Source: the human T2T-CHM13v2.0 reference genome, Homo sapiens
Direction: 5' to 3'
Length of the DNA: 64,000 nt
Assembly (NCBI GenBank): GCA_009914755.4
Contig: CP068257.2
Coordinates: 23,648,001 to 23,712,000, forward strand
The notes under the pieces are model-generated. The model did no database searches, was not told where the DNA came from, and saw nothing but the letters and a program-made list of their open reading frames with translations. Shown piece after piece: positions 44,775 to 57,157 of the stretch. Numbering within the stretch: the first letter of the stretch is position 1; each line of letters starts with the position of its first letter. Both the position numbers and the translations under genes were made by a program.

Positions 44775-45492
44775 AGGTATACTAGGCTATTCTTGCATTG
44801 CTATAAAGAAATACCTGAGACTGGGTAATTTATAAAGAAAAGAGGTTTAATTGGCTCACAGTTCTGCAGGCTGTACAGGAAGTATAGCGGCAACTCCTTC
44901 TGAGGAGGCTTCAGGAAGCTTCCAATCACGGCAGAAGGCAAACAGGGAGAACAGGCACATCACATGGTGAAAGCAGGAGCGAGCAAGAGGAGAGGCGCCA
45001 CACACTTTTTTTTCTTAATTGAGATGGAGTCTTTCTCTGTCCCCCAGGCTGGAGTGTAGTGGCGGGATCTCGGCTTACTGCAACCTCCGACTCCTGGGTT
45101 TAAGTGATTCTCCTGCCTCAGCCTCCTGAGTAGCTGGGATCATAGGTGCCCACCACCACGCCTGACTAATTTTAATATTTTTAGTAGAGACAAGCTTTCA
45201 CTATGTTGGTCAGTCTAATCTTGAACTCCTGGCCTCAAGTGGCCTGCCTGCCTTGGCCTCCCAAAGTGCTAGGATTACAGGCATAAGCAACTGAGCCCAG
45301 CCAATGCAACACACTTTTAAACAACTAGATCTCATGAGAACTCAATTACTATCACGAGGAAAGCATCAAGGGGATGGTGCTAAACCATTAAGGAGAAATC
45401 CTCCCCCATGATCCAACCAAGCCCCACCTCCAATACTGGTAATTACAATTCAACATGAGATTTGGGTGGGGACACATATCCAAACCATAGCA
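44775..45492 (-). mobile_element. THE1/MST-family MaLR solo LTR, minus orientation, interrupted by a nested Alu
   Basis: The left part ggtatactaggctattcttgcattgctataaagaaatacctgagactgggtaatttataaagaaaagaggtttaattggctcacagttctgcaggctg is the reverse complement of the THE1 3' end. The right part ...ccatgatccaaccaagccccacctccaatactggtaattacaattcaacatgagatttgggtggggacacatatccaaaccatagca is the reverse complement of the THE1 5' end. Confidence 0.85.
45010..45303 (-). mobile_element. Alu SINE nested inside the THE1 LTR, minus orientation, with a 10-11 bp TSD
   Basis: The element reads ttttttcttaattgagatggagtctttctctgtcccccaggctggagtgtagtggcgggatctcggcttactgcaacctccgactcctgggtttaagtgattctcc...ggattacaggcataagcaactgagcccagcc. 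The TSD (c)acacactttt is at about 44999-45009 and 45309-45318. Confidence 0.9.
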
Positions 45493-48400
45493 ATAGGTTA
45501 CAAGCAGGAGCTCAGAAGCCTAAAATAAAGTGACGATGTTTACTCTAATGTTTAGCTTAAGTCACTAATATTTAGCTCTACTCTTCTACGAAAGCCACAG
45601 CCTTAGGGTGGGAATGGCCTACCACCTTTGCTAGCCCCAGGGTTTTGTACCGTGGGTACAGTACCAATTGTTTTTCCTAACTTCTGCCTACAGGGTTTAG
45701 TCCCTGTACTAAAGTTTCCTCAACTGATCCAGAATGAATGTGCCATCTCTTTCTTACTAGTACCCTGATTGATGTGTAGAATGGGGTAAGATTTTGGAGT
45801 TTAATTCTAAAGGACACAATATATGTAAAATGACTCACAATGTACACAGTAAATACTTTGTATATGCTCATACTCCTTATGATTTTCCCATCTAGAAAAA
45901 TTACCATCACCAATGCATCTGAATATTGCATTGGGGTATCAGAACCCTCTCTTTTGCTCCCCTAGGCAGTGGTCAACATGTGGATTTATAGCTTTCAGCA
46001 AAAAGTGAATATGGATCAAATGGAATGCTTGGCACTGCCTCATCCTTCCCCCATGAAAATGCAGAATGGCATATCATGAATATATGAGTGAGATTAACTA
46101 ACACACTCTGGTTAAGTAAGAAAATGTGTAATTCCACATTTTTAAAAATGTGAAACGGTAAAGGAAATGCAAAGCCATAAAATTAGTTTTGGTCTCATAA
46201 GTATCTCCTTGATAAACTGTATAAATGCAAAAAAAGTTATCAATTAACTGAAAAACTATAAGATATTCACAAAGGGAACAACTAGAATGCTTGAACCTAC
46301 TGCACCTAAAGTGTTGCTTGCAGTAAAGCATTATTATTTTTTCTCCTAAAATAAAGATATATTAAAATTTGTAAGACAGAACATCACACTTGAGTATATG
46401 CTATTCATCTGATAAATATATCATATTTCTCCCAAGACTGCTTAGATGTAATTTCTGGTTTCTTCATTGTAAGATATAAATAGGAAGATATTTAATCAAA
46501 GTTTTGGTTTTGTATAAACCTAGATTATATGTATATATTTTTCTCCAAGCTTCTAGTAATTTCTGCCTCCAAGATTATAAATTTTATGCTAACCTGGGTG
46601 AACTGCTGTAGAGGTTTATGCAGGAATTTGGTGATTTTGCTCAGTAGAAACAATCAATATCAAGACTTACGTCAACTCTCACTCTTCACATGAGTTTTGG
46701 TTATTAAATTTTAATTATTTTCCTGGTCATTATAGCAAAATCATCAACTGAATACAATGGAAGCGTGAGAGTGTTTCTCTGAACTTACTGTATGTAGGGA
46801 AACTTCAATTAGGCTCAACAAATTAGATTACTTCTGAAGTTCATAGAGTGAAAACTATAAAGTTGAAAATTACATAGTGAAATTGAACTACATAAAAAAT
46901 TTTTCACAAATTGAAGCCTTGTCATTCTTCCTACTTACCTTAAAGGAAGAATATTTCTATTTGTAAAATAAAAATAGAAATTTTTATTTGACAGTGAATT
47001 CAGTGAAGCCAGTGAGCGAGGCCATTGGAAGCATATGTGTAATGTCAAACATCAGAAGAGATCTTCCAGGGGAAGGGGTGCAGCTGGTTTCAGAGTGTTG
47101 GGGGAAGAGAAAAGATTTAACTTACATTATCCACCCCAAGGCTCAAGAATTGTTAAGCACAAACCTACTGATAAATCATATTGTTTTCATTCTACTGTAA
47201 TGTATGTGGTTTAAAGTTATGAGAATAAAAAATATATTCTTCCCATTTTTACCAGAATCTGTTTGAATATACTCTGAATTTCCCTATTTATAAAAATTCC
47301 CTCTTTAGGCTAGTAACTGGCTAATTTCCATGCTCAGTCTTACAATTTGCTCATTTTTTATGCATTGATTTATTCAACAGATACTTATGGAATGTCTATC
47401 TAGTTAAGTGCTAGAAATAATTCTAAACAAAAGAATATGACAATTTATTGAAAATATATGATTGTTTCACAGAAGAGCATTAATAACCTCTAACCATCAG
47501 ATACTAAGTTAATACTCCCAAGCTAAACAAAACAACAACCTTTTTACAGTTATATTGGGATTCTGTAAAAAAGATTTTTTTTAATGAAGCATCACACTTG
47601 CCACAGTTTTATTTAACCTGGTATTTATATCAAGTGTAAAGAGGACTATTATAGATAAGAAGACTGGAGAAGGCCATAATATTAATGTCAGATTTGACCT
47701 ATTGTAAAATTCATCTTACCTGGAAGGTTAAATCAATTCCAGTGCTGCAGGGAGAGTCTTCATTTACACAAAGGAAATTTGACAAGGGTGTTTTTCTGAG
47801 CAAAAGCAGTAGCATACTGCATTGTTTGAAGCAGGTAAACTTATACCATGTCTCTTCTAGAATGTACCAAATGTAAATCCTTTTCATTCTATAAATACTT
47901 TCTAAAGTACTCACATTCTTTAACTTTTAAAAATCTACTTTATTTTCTTTCAAGGCACTTATAGCACTTGGGGTTAACTTTTTAGCAAATGACAATTCTT
48001 AATGACCCACTTTCTAAATAGAAAGTGAAAAAAACAATCTCACAACAAATCCTCAAAGTACAAAAGCAATGACACTTCTAAAGTAAGCTCCCATTCAGCT
48101 CCCGGGTATCTTTAATACTCACAGATCTCATCTTCTTATGGATTTAACAACTGTGCTTTAATGTGCTTTAGGTCTAGTATTCATATCTTCCACTATTCCC
48201 TTTGATAAAGATAAATAAGCTTATGGAGACAGTGCTGCCCCTGAGACTGCAAATTAAGGAGCGACTTATCAACCGAAGAAGATAAAGAAGAAATGTGACA
48301 TTGGCAATGCTTTTAAATAGCAATTTAAAATTGCCCGCTCTAACTCAGTGATTGAGTATTTAAAAAAAGCAACAAGAAAATCAACTCTTCATTCCAGGTA

Positions 48401-51400
48401 TGGACTCTGAAAATGAAAAAGGCAGCGTCTCTTTGGGCCTAGGTCTAACTGCCTGCTGGATCAGGGCTCCTTCAGACTCCGCCCACTGCCCTCTCTTGGA
48501 TGCATTTTCTCTCCAACTTGGGTGCCCACTAGCCTTGCCTTTGATCACAGCCTCCTTTATTCTTATTATGTTTTCAATCGATAAATATCTGCTGAATGAT
48601 TATATTTTACAATACTAACAAATATTTACACTGGTTAAAACAAGAATCATATTATTTAATTAAAGGAGACCTGAGATCTATTACAATTACAAGTGTACAT
48701 TAGAATACAGGGCTGCTCTATAGTCTTGCTACTCAAAACTGTGGTACAGGGTCCCATAACATCAGCCTAATCTGGGTGTGTGTTAGAATCTGAAAATTGC
48801 TGAACAAGATTCTCGGGAGATTTGTATTCACATTAAAATTTCAGACATGATGTGTTTACCTGAGGATCTTGTTATAATGCAGATTCTGGTTCAGGTCTGA
48901 AGCGAGGCCCAAGATTCTGCATTTCTAACAAGCTCCCAGCTGACACCAATGTTATTGGTCCATAAACTGAAACTTGAGTAGCAAAGATGCAGAGGAAATA
49001 AAAATGGTTCTAAGCATGTAGACCTATCTAAGTTATCAGAGCCAATTGCCACCTTTGAAATAGCCTTACTGAATTAAACAGAAGAAAACTTTTAAAACTT
49101 CTCATTTTTATGGTGAAAAAGTCATAAATTTATTCTGAATTTGTGAAGTTTGAAAGAGTAGTACATCTGTAAAACAGAACAGTCTGGGATAATGAGAAAT
49201 TGCATCCAGATTGAAATTATGTTTCCAAATATTAATTAATGGCGGCAGTGAGCAGCCGATTGGTTGCTACAGCAAATAGAAATATGCCCTAGCATACCCC
49301 AGGAAATATTTGCAGAACTTAGAACAGTAAAGGGATTAATATGGTAAGTGAAAAGATCATAGAAAGAAGGACGATTGATACAGAAGTTCTCCTATGTTCA
49401 TAATAAGAATTCAAAAAGCAATAATTTGATGAAGAAAAGCTCTCTGCAGAAGATTGAGGAGAAGTAGCAAAGACAACAAAATTGAAGACAAGTTCACTGA
49501 GCTAAAAAGAGCTAAGAATTTAAATCAGAAAAAGACCATCTGAATACTAGGTAAAAATGATGAGAAATAAAAGACAAAACAGGTCTTGATAACTACAAGA
49601 ATTTAAAACAAACAAACAAAAAAACACCTAAAACCAACCAGGCAGAAAACCAGGTAACATACAAAAGAAAAAGAAAACCATATAAATACTAAAATTCTCC
49701 TTTTTAAATATATAAAAAGCAAACTGCTCAACATCTACAAAGTACAGATGACTATTGATTGAAATCTACTTCTGGGGAAGATATTATTCGTGTTTAGAAG
49801 CAATAAAGACATTATTATATGCAAGAACTTAGAAAATATCCTTCACATGCATTATTTTTTTAAATGAGATACTAGAGCAAATTTTGATGCGATTAAAATA
49901 GATGTCTTTTTGGAAAGCAGTATAATCTGTAGTTATCAGAATTATTTCCTAAAGAATTGTTAATCTAGTCATACGACAGCAGCAACATGTAAAATCTCTA
50001 AATATATGACATTCAACAGAAAAGAAAGAGTGAGAAAAGATAGAAGGGAAAGAAAAAAGAATGAAAGTGGAAGCCAGGAAGAGGGGGAGGAAGTAAAGAA
50101 AGAACATATAATCTCTCATATTAAATAGAAATTTCAATCTGTGACTATTTTTAAATATGGGCTCTAGTACATTTTATTTTGTTTCATTATAATAATGTAA
50201 AAATAGTTATATCTAAATCATTATAAAAGTAGCAAAAAATATTAAGCAATATATCAGAATATGGGAAGTATAGAATGTATTTCTAGAAATCCACAAGTAA
50301 ACTCTTTAGAAATAAATACTTTAGGCAGGAAAGATTGGTAGGTTCACCCCACAACCACACTACAGTTACTCCTGTAGTTATTTGTAAGCCCTTACCTTAC
50401 TCTTTATTAAGTATACATTCTAATACACTGAATGTATTTCATTCCATAGTGTTGGTTTGGTCTCAACAAATCTCCCATAGTCATCCCATATCCCAAGGGA
50501 ATTAGCATTCATTACCTTATTCCTGCAGAGCACCTGTAGTTCAGAAGCTGACCACCTCCAGCTCCAAGAATAGACTCTTTTTCATTTAATCTAAACAACT
50601 CCCTTCTTTCTCCCAGCCACAGTTAATATTCCTAAATGCTCTAATTCAGAGTAAGTTGAAGAATTCTTGCTTAGAATAGTTGGGAAAAAAAGTGCTCACT
50701 GCTTTCCTGTGAATACCATAATGCAATTTACCAAAACTGCAAAATCCTCTTCAGTAATGGCAGCCAAGAAAAAAGCAAGAAAAGGAGGCCAGAGCCACTG
50801 GATTGCTAAAGTTCTGGACTTCCAGTTACATGATCCAATAAACTTCCTCAATCTTTAGGCCACTTTGAAATGAGTTTCTTTTGATTGTTCCTGAACACAT
50901 ATTACCTGATGCAAACTCCTTTGTTACCCTTTAAAAGTCTGAATTTCAAAGAATACTTTTTAGGAGTTAAGAAGCTCTTAACATGTTGATCCAAGCAACA
51001 TTGCTTTCTTCAGTCTGGTGCCCCAGTGGGGAAAGCACATTTGTAGATGGCATGTCCTAAGCAATGATTTAAAATTTGCTTAGGCTTCATATTTTCAATA
51101 TTGAATAATTTCCTGTTTATATAATCTGGGATTGCCACCAAAACTGCAAGTTCCCAAGTCCCCTAGAAATATACACATCAGAGCATTCTCTCTATAGATG
51201 GCAAAACACAGAAAATAATACAATTTATTGTAGTAAGACTATCTCATAGAATTAAATGGGGATAAACAACAACTGAAGTCAGCCTTTAAAAAACAAGAAT
51301 AAAAGTAGAAAGCTTAATATAATTAATTTACACATTGAAGGGGGAAGCCATATAAAGGATTTTCATAGCTTTCTCATTTCTCAAGAATTTTACTCATCAA

Positions 51401-51891
51401 AATTAAAACACGTGTTTGCTTGAATGCTAAACATGATGCCATTTTTGATTTTCAATGTATGCAGAACCACATTTTTCAACATCAGAAGTATAATTTTAGA
51501 AATGATTTTTCAAATCACTTTCTCTAAAGCACACTTATTAGATGACATCCTAGTGCATTTGGGCTGCTGTAACAATGCCTCAGACTGAGTAACTTGTAAA
51601 CAACAGAAATGTGTTGCTCTCAGTTCTGAATGCTAGGCAGTTCAAGATTAAGGCAAGATTTGGTGTCTGGTGAGCACTTGTTCTCTGCCTCATAGATGAC
51701 GCCTTGTTACTGTGTAGTCACATGGCAGAAGAGGCAATAGGGTTCCTTTATGCCTCTTTTATAGGAACATTAATTCTATCCATGAGGTCTCCACTATGAC
51801 CTAGTCACCTCCCAAAGCCTCACTTCATAATAGCAACACTTTGGGGATTAGATTCCACCATATACATTTTGGCAAATCCATGCTTGCCTGT

Positions 51892-52198
51892 TGATAAGGT
51901 TTGGCTGTGTCCTCACCCGAATCTTACCTTGAATTGTAGCTCCCACAATTCCCACGTGTCATGGGAGGGACTTTATGGGAGGTAATTGAATCATGGGGGC
52001 GAGTCTTTCCCGTGCTGTTCTCATGATAGTGAATAAACCTCACAAGATCTGGTATTTTTTATAAGGGGGAGTTTCCCTGCACAAATTCTCTCATTTTTTC
52101 CTTTTGCCTGCTGCCATGTAAGATGTACCTCTAGCCTTCTGCCACGAGTGTGACGCCTCCCCAGCCACATGGAACTGTGAGTGTGAAAATGGACTAAT
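51892..52198 (+). mobile_element. THE1/MST-family MaLR solo LTR with an internal deletion near its 3' end
   Basis: It starts tgataaggtttggctgtgtcctcacccgaatcttaccttgaattgtagctcccacaattcccacgtgtcatgggagggac and runs ...gaatcatgggggcgagtctttcccgtgctgttctcatgatagtgaataaacctcacaagatctggt...ccacatggaactgtgagtgtgaaaatggactaatatac. The cattaaacctctttcctttataaattacccag block is missing. Confidence 0.8.
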
Positions 52199-52796
52199 AT
52201 ACCCATTAAATAAAAAAAAAAGCTATTTTGCTAGATTCTGCATTTCTCTCCTTATCTGTCCTGTAGTTGACAACCTTCCCCTACTTAATACATAATTGGG
52301 CTCAAGATCATTGGTTTTGCAAAATCGCTGAAATTCCAAACTAGAGAAGTACCCCTAATAGGAATTGCCACTGCCTTGCTCTGGTTTCTTCAATTAAGAA
52401 GAAGAGATAAAGGATAAAATCATCTCATGTGGAGAAGGCTATAGGGGGCACCCATGGCAAGGAGGAAATGGCAGTGGGGCAGAATAATGAAAACCTGAAT
52501 TACAGCTCCAGGAATCCCTACTTTGTTCTTTCAAAGCAAGCTACAGAATCTCCTTAAACTTCAAATTATTCTAGTACACAGACCACTTTAAGGGTCAAAT
52601 GTAAGGCTTTTTAATATTATATGTGTTCCTATTCCAGGTAAGTGACTTCTATCCACTACTTCCTTGTGTTTGGAACATTTGATTTAGGGCTAACTTTCTA
52701 ACTGTCACTCATTATTTTTCTGTTAATCTGTTATCTCCATCCTCAAGTAATTTGCGTAAGGATAGTTTTAAGTGTGGAAATGATTCATCAAGGGAT

Positions 52797-52975
52797 TTTA
52801 AAAGAATTTGCTTTGCTCCATTGTCTGTGGTCTATGTAAATGCAGGAATTAAAATCAGATAGTCTCTCCAGGATTTTCCCAGCCTAACAAGTCTGTGATT
52901 CATGAGGGGAGAAGTTTCTGAAACTTGGAAATGGCTATGAATTATATGCTGGAGAGCTGAAGAAGTCAGCAGTCC
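52797..52975 (+). repeat. Local low-copy duplication, copy A (about 180 bp); the partner is at 54089-54265
   Basis: Copy A reads gaagaatttgctttgctccattgtctgtggtctatgtaaatgcaggaattaaaatcagatagtctctccaggattttcccagcctaacaagtctgtgattcatgaggggagaagtttctgaaacttggaaatggctatgaattatatgctggagagctgaagaagtcagcagtccagtagg. Copy B reads gaagaatttgctttgctccatagactgcggaggaaagggaggaactagaatcagatattctctccaagattttcccagcctaacaattctatgattcatgaagggagaagtttctgaaacttggaaatcatatcctggagagctgaagacgtcagcagtccagtagg. Confidence 0.85.
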
Positions 52976-54088
52976 AGTAGGTGTCTCAAAGTCAACCACT
53001 CTTGGATAGTTTCTGAACTATTATAATTGCTCTCAAGGCTCCATAATCACCAGGGACTTGCAAAGCAGAGTGTAAAATAGTTATGAATGTGGTCAAATGT
53101 ATGACTATTTTCTAAAATTGCTAATGTTCAGCATATAATTTCTTCAGGCAGAAGCATCCAATGTATTAAGTGTAGTACACAGGAAGACAATTTTTCCTGA
53201 ACACAATCTGTATTCTGCCATTTTTTAGTTTTTAACGAGAGCCTTTACAATGCAGGGGTGTGGAGAATTGACAGATTTTGCACATTTTAGTGTTTTTTCA
53301 CAATGTTTGCTATGTTCAGCAGAATATAAACTTTCAGATTTAAAATATGTTCTCTAGTTTATCCTACTGTGCAAATCAGTACATTAAGCAAGCCTAGCAG
53401 AAAACCATAAGCAGGCAGACAAAAGCTGTGAGAGAGAGGCTTTCCTATCAAATGTGATGGGAAATAAGATTTAAATATGGGTTTGCCCACCAGTGTATGA
53501 ACCAGAAGTCACAGCCCAGAAACTAAAAAAAGTCACAAAGCAAGGTCAACAGTGACACACAATCGTAGATTGTGAAATTCGAAAGAACCTACTTGAAATA
53601 ATTCAAATTAAAACATGGCCTTAAGCATACTGCATTAAATATAACGTACTAAAACACACTGTTAATATAGGCTCAATGGCTATAACAAATAAACCAGTGT
53701 GGTGTCTATATTTCTTGCTCCGTAATAGTCTAGGCAGGTGTTCCCGGCTGGCAGGCAGCTCTCCTCTGCAGGGATCCTGAGCACTGGAATTCCTCCATCT
53801 CGGATCCTGCCATCATCTAGGGAATTTTCATTGCCCGCATCATGTCAGCTGTTCTGCTATGTTGCAAGTTAAGTGGTAGAAGGAAAAAGATATGGAGGCC
53901 ACACGTACTGAGATAATGGCCTCAGCCTGGAGGCACAGTCCTTCCACTCTCATTCCGTGAAGAACTCAAATTACACACTAACTGCAAGGGAGGCTGGAAA
54001 ATACAGCCCTGCTGAGTGGCCAGAAAGAAGAGAAGGGCTGTTGGTGCCCAGCAAATTTCAGAAATAAGAAGAGTACGTACAATATTCA

Positions 54089-54265
54089 TCATTTTGAAGA
54101 ATTTGCTTTGCTCCATAGACTGCGGAGGAAAGGGAGGAACTAGAATCAGATATTCTCTCCAAGATTTTCCCAGCCTAACAATTCTATGATTCATGAAGGG
54201 AGAAGTTTCTGAAACTTGGAAATCATATCCTGGAGAGCTGAAGACGTCAGCAGTCCAGTAGGAAA
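54089..54265 (+). repeat. Local low-copy duplication, copy B (partner of 52797-52975), about 88% identical
   Basis: See copy A. The two copies are in the same orientation and 1.3 kb apart. Confidence 0.85.
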
Positions 54266-54599
54266 ATACAGACCCAAAAATGTATGTTGACATAGCCATT
54301 CTAACAAATGTAACTGTTGGGGAAATATTTTAAGACATTAAAAGGAAGTTAGACTAATTATGATATAAAAATCACACAAGTGTAAAAATAATTACAATTG
54401 ATCATTTTGATGTCTTATCACAAAAACACTACTTTGAAAACACAAGTGGCAACAAATTTCAGGATACTAATTTTGCGACCATCACTCAAATATGACATCA
54501 ATGTAATTTAAACAATTCAGAAACTTAATGGAAAATAGAAAGGAGAAAATGGTTTTCTTAAGACTTGAATGTAAGTCCTTCTATTAAACATATGAGACT

Positions 54600-54805
54600 T
54601 AGTAAGTAACCTTCTCATATTTCAATTTTTCTTCTTTAAACACTGACCAGATTTCTCCCTAACTACTCACAGGATTTCTGTGATAATCAGACCTAAAATG
54701 AGACAAAATAGAGAAAACACTTTGACATGTTGTAGAGCTATATATATAAGACATTTTTAGAATACTAATTTTTATAGTTCTCCTTGAAGAGGTCCTTCAC
54801 ATTCC
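54600..54805 (+). repeat. Left junction of the L1 insertion (about 160 bp of pre-integration flank plus the TSD plus the first ~25 bp of L1); copy 1 of a ~200 bp direct duplication
   Basis: Copy 1 reads ttctttaaacactgaccagatttctccctaactactcacaggatttctgtgataatcagacctaaaatgagacaaaatagagaaaacactttgacatgttgtagagctatatatataagacatttttagaatactaatttttatagttctccttgaagaggtcc. Confidence 0.9.
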
Positions 54806-55896
54806 TTGTAAATTGTATTCCTAGTTATTTTATTGTCTTTGTAGCAATTGTGAATGGGAGTTCCTTCGTGATTTGGCTCCCTGTTTGTCTATTATTGGTG
54901 TATGGAAATGCTTGTGATTTTTGCACATTGATTTTGTATCCTGAGACTTTGCTGAAGTTGCTTATCAGCTTAAGGATTTTTGCATCAATGTTCATCAAAG
55001 ATATTGGCCTGAAATTTTCTATTTTTGTTGTGTCTCTGCCAGGTTTTGGTATCAGGATGATGCTAGTCTCATAAAATGAGTTAGGGAGGAGTCCCTCTTT
55101 TTCTATTGTTTGGAATTGTTTCAGAAGGAATGGTACCAGCTCCTTTCTGTACCTTTGGTAGATTTCGGCTGTGAATCTGTCTTGTCCTGGGCCTTTTTTG
55201 GTTGACAGGCTGTTAATTGCTGCCTCAATTTCAGAATTTGTTATTGGTCTATTCAAGGATTCAACTTCCTCCTGGTTTAGTCTTTGGAGGGTGTATGTGT
55301 CCAGGACTTTATCCACTTCTTCCAGATTTTCAAATTTACACAGAGGTGTTTATAGTATTCTCTGATGGTAGTTTGTATTTCTGTGGGATCCGTGGTGATA
55401 GCCCCTTTATCATTTTTTATTGTGTCTATTTGATTCTTCTCTCTTTTCTTCTTTATTAATCTGGCTAGCATTTTATCTATTTTGTTAATCTTTTCAAAAA
55501 AAACAGCTCCTGGATTCATGGGTTTTTTGAAGGGTTTTTCGTGTCTCTATCTTCTTCAGTTCTGTTCTGATCTTAGTTATTTCTTGTCTTTCTGCTAGCT
55601 TTGAATTAGCTTGCTCTTGCTTCTCTAGTTCTTTTAATTGTGATGTTAGGATATCGATTTTAGATCTTTCCCACTTTCTCCTGTGGGCATTTACTGCTAT
55701 AAATTTTCCTCTACACACTAGCTTTAGCTGTGTTCCAGAGATTCTGGTACATTGTGTCTTTATTCTCATTAGTTTCAAAGAACTTATTTATTTCTGCCTT
55801 AATTTTGTTATTTACCCAGTAGTCATTCAGGAGCAGGTTATTCAGTCTCCATGTAGTTGTGTGGTTTTAAGTGAGTTTCTTAATCCTGAGTTTAAT

Positions 55897-56406
55897 TTAA
55901 TCGCACTGTGGTCTGACAGACTGTTTGATTGCTGTTCTTTTGCATTTGCTGAGGAGTGTTTTACTTCCAATTATGTGGTTAATTTTAGAATAAGTGTAAC
56001 ATGTTGCTGAGAAGAATGTATATTCTGTTGATTTAGGGTGGAGAGTTCTGTAGATGTCTGTTAGGTCCACTTGGTCCAGAGCTAAGTTCAAGCCCTGAAT
56101 ATCCTTGTTAATTTTCCGTCTCATTGATCTGTCTAATGTTGATAGTGGGGTGTTAAAGTCTCCCACTATTATTGTGTGGGAGTCTAAGTGTCTTTGTAGG
56201 TCTCTAAGAACTTGTTTTATGAATCTGGGTGCTCCTGTATTGGGTGCATATATATTTAGGATAGTTAGCTCTTGTTGCGTTGATCCTTTTACCATTATGT
56301 AATGCCCTTCTTTGTCTTTTTTGATCTTTGTTGGTTTAAAGTCTGTTTTATTAGAGACTAGGATTGCAACCCCTGCTTTTTTTTGCTTTCTATTTGCTTT
56401 GCTCAT
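55897..56406 (-). pseudogene. L1 ORF2p endonuclease-domain coding remnant (part of the inverted L1 segment)
   Basis: The 169-aa ORF carries L1 EN hallmarks (..GDFNTPLSTLDRS..DIYRTLHPKSTEYTFFS..). Upstream, the element's own ORF2 start is disrupted by the ~200 bp foreign insert at 56395-56590. Confidence 0.85.
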
Positions 56407-56590
56407 ATTCCAATTTTTCTTTAAACCATGACCAGATTTCTCCCTAACTACTCATAGGATTTCTGTGATAATCAGACTTAAAATGAGATAAAATAGAGAA
56501 AATACTTTGACATATTGTAGGACTATATATATAAGACATTTTTAGAATACTAATTCTTGTAGTTCTCCTTGAAGAGGTCCTCCATCCCTT
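56395..56590 (+). repeat. Copy 2 of the L1 left junction (flank plus TSD plus 25 bp of L1), inserted inside the L1 ORF2 endonuclease region; about 93% identical to copy 1
   Basis: Copy 2 reads ttctttaaaccatgaccagatttctccctaactactcataggatttctgtgataatcagacttaaaatgagataaaatagagaaaatactttgacatattgtaggactatatatataagacatttttagaatactaattcttgtagttctccttgaagaggtcc. It is flanked on both sides by contiguous L1 EN sequence: ..KIKGWR on the right (plus-strand) side and KKAGVAIL.. on the left. Confidence 0.9.
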
Positions 56591-57157
56591 TATTTTGAGC
56601 CTATATGTGTCTTTGCATGTGAGATGGGTCTCCTGAATTGAGCACACCAGTGGGTCTTGACTCTTTATCCGATTTGCCTGTCTGTGTCTTCTGATTGGGG
56701 TATTTAGTCCGTTTACATTTAAGGTTAATATTGTTACATGTCAATTTGATCCTGTAATTATGATGCTAGCTGGTTATTTTGACGATTAGTTGATGCAGTT
56801 TCTTCATAGTGTCAATGGTCTTTACAATTTGGTATGTTTTTGCAGTGGCTGGTACCGGTTTTTCCTTTCCATAGTAAGTGTTTTTTTCAAATGCTCTTGT
56901 AAGGCAGGCCTGGTGGTAACAAAATCTCTCAGCATTTCTTGTCTGTAAAGGATTTTATTTTTCCTTTGCTTCTGAAGCTTCGTTTGGCTGGATATGAAAT
57001 ACTGGGTTGAAAATTCTTTTCTTTAAGAACGTTGAATATTGGCCCCCACTCTCTTCTGGCTTGTAGGGTTTCTGCAGAGAGATCCACTGTTAGTCTGATG
57101 GGCTTCCCTTTGTGGATAACCAGACCTTTCTCTCTGGCTGCCCTTAACATTTTTTAC

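Larger units (their letters stand above)
54775..57157 (-). mobile_element. L1PA-type LINE-1, inverted 5' segment of a twin-primed insertion: ORF1 C-terminus to mid-ORF2, with an internal deletion of about 650 bp in the RT region and a foreign insert of about 200 bp in the EN region
   Basis: The minus-strand ORFs read as L1 proteins. ORF 56929-57150 is the ORF1p C-terminus ([49 protein letters not shown]). ORF 56444-56647 is ORF2p EN (CSIQETHLTCKDTYRLKIKGWR). ORF 55897-56406 is EN (KKAGVAILVSNKTDFKPTKIKKDKEGHYIMVKGS..LNIYAPNTGAPRFIKQVL..GDFNTPLS..DIYRTLHP). ORFs 55494-55778 and 55277-55519 cover the EN/RT linker. ORF 54825-55316 covers RT ([74 protein letters not shown] | [23 protein letters not shown]..). 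Confidence 0.9.

Noticed and set aside
49200-50130. A purine-rich, A-rich stretch resembling a decayed LINE ORF1-like region
   Set aside because: It is too diverged for me to assign by eye to L1 or L2 or to an orientation, so I did not call it.
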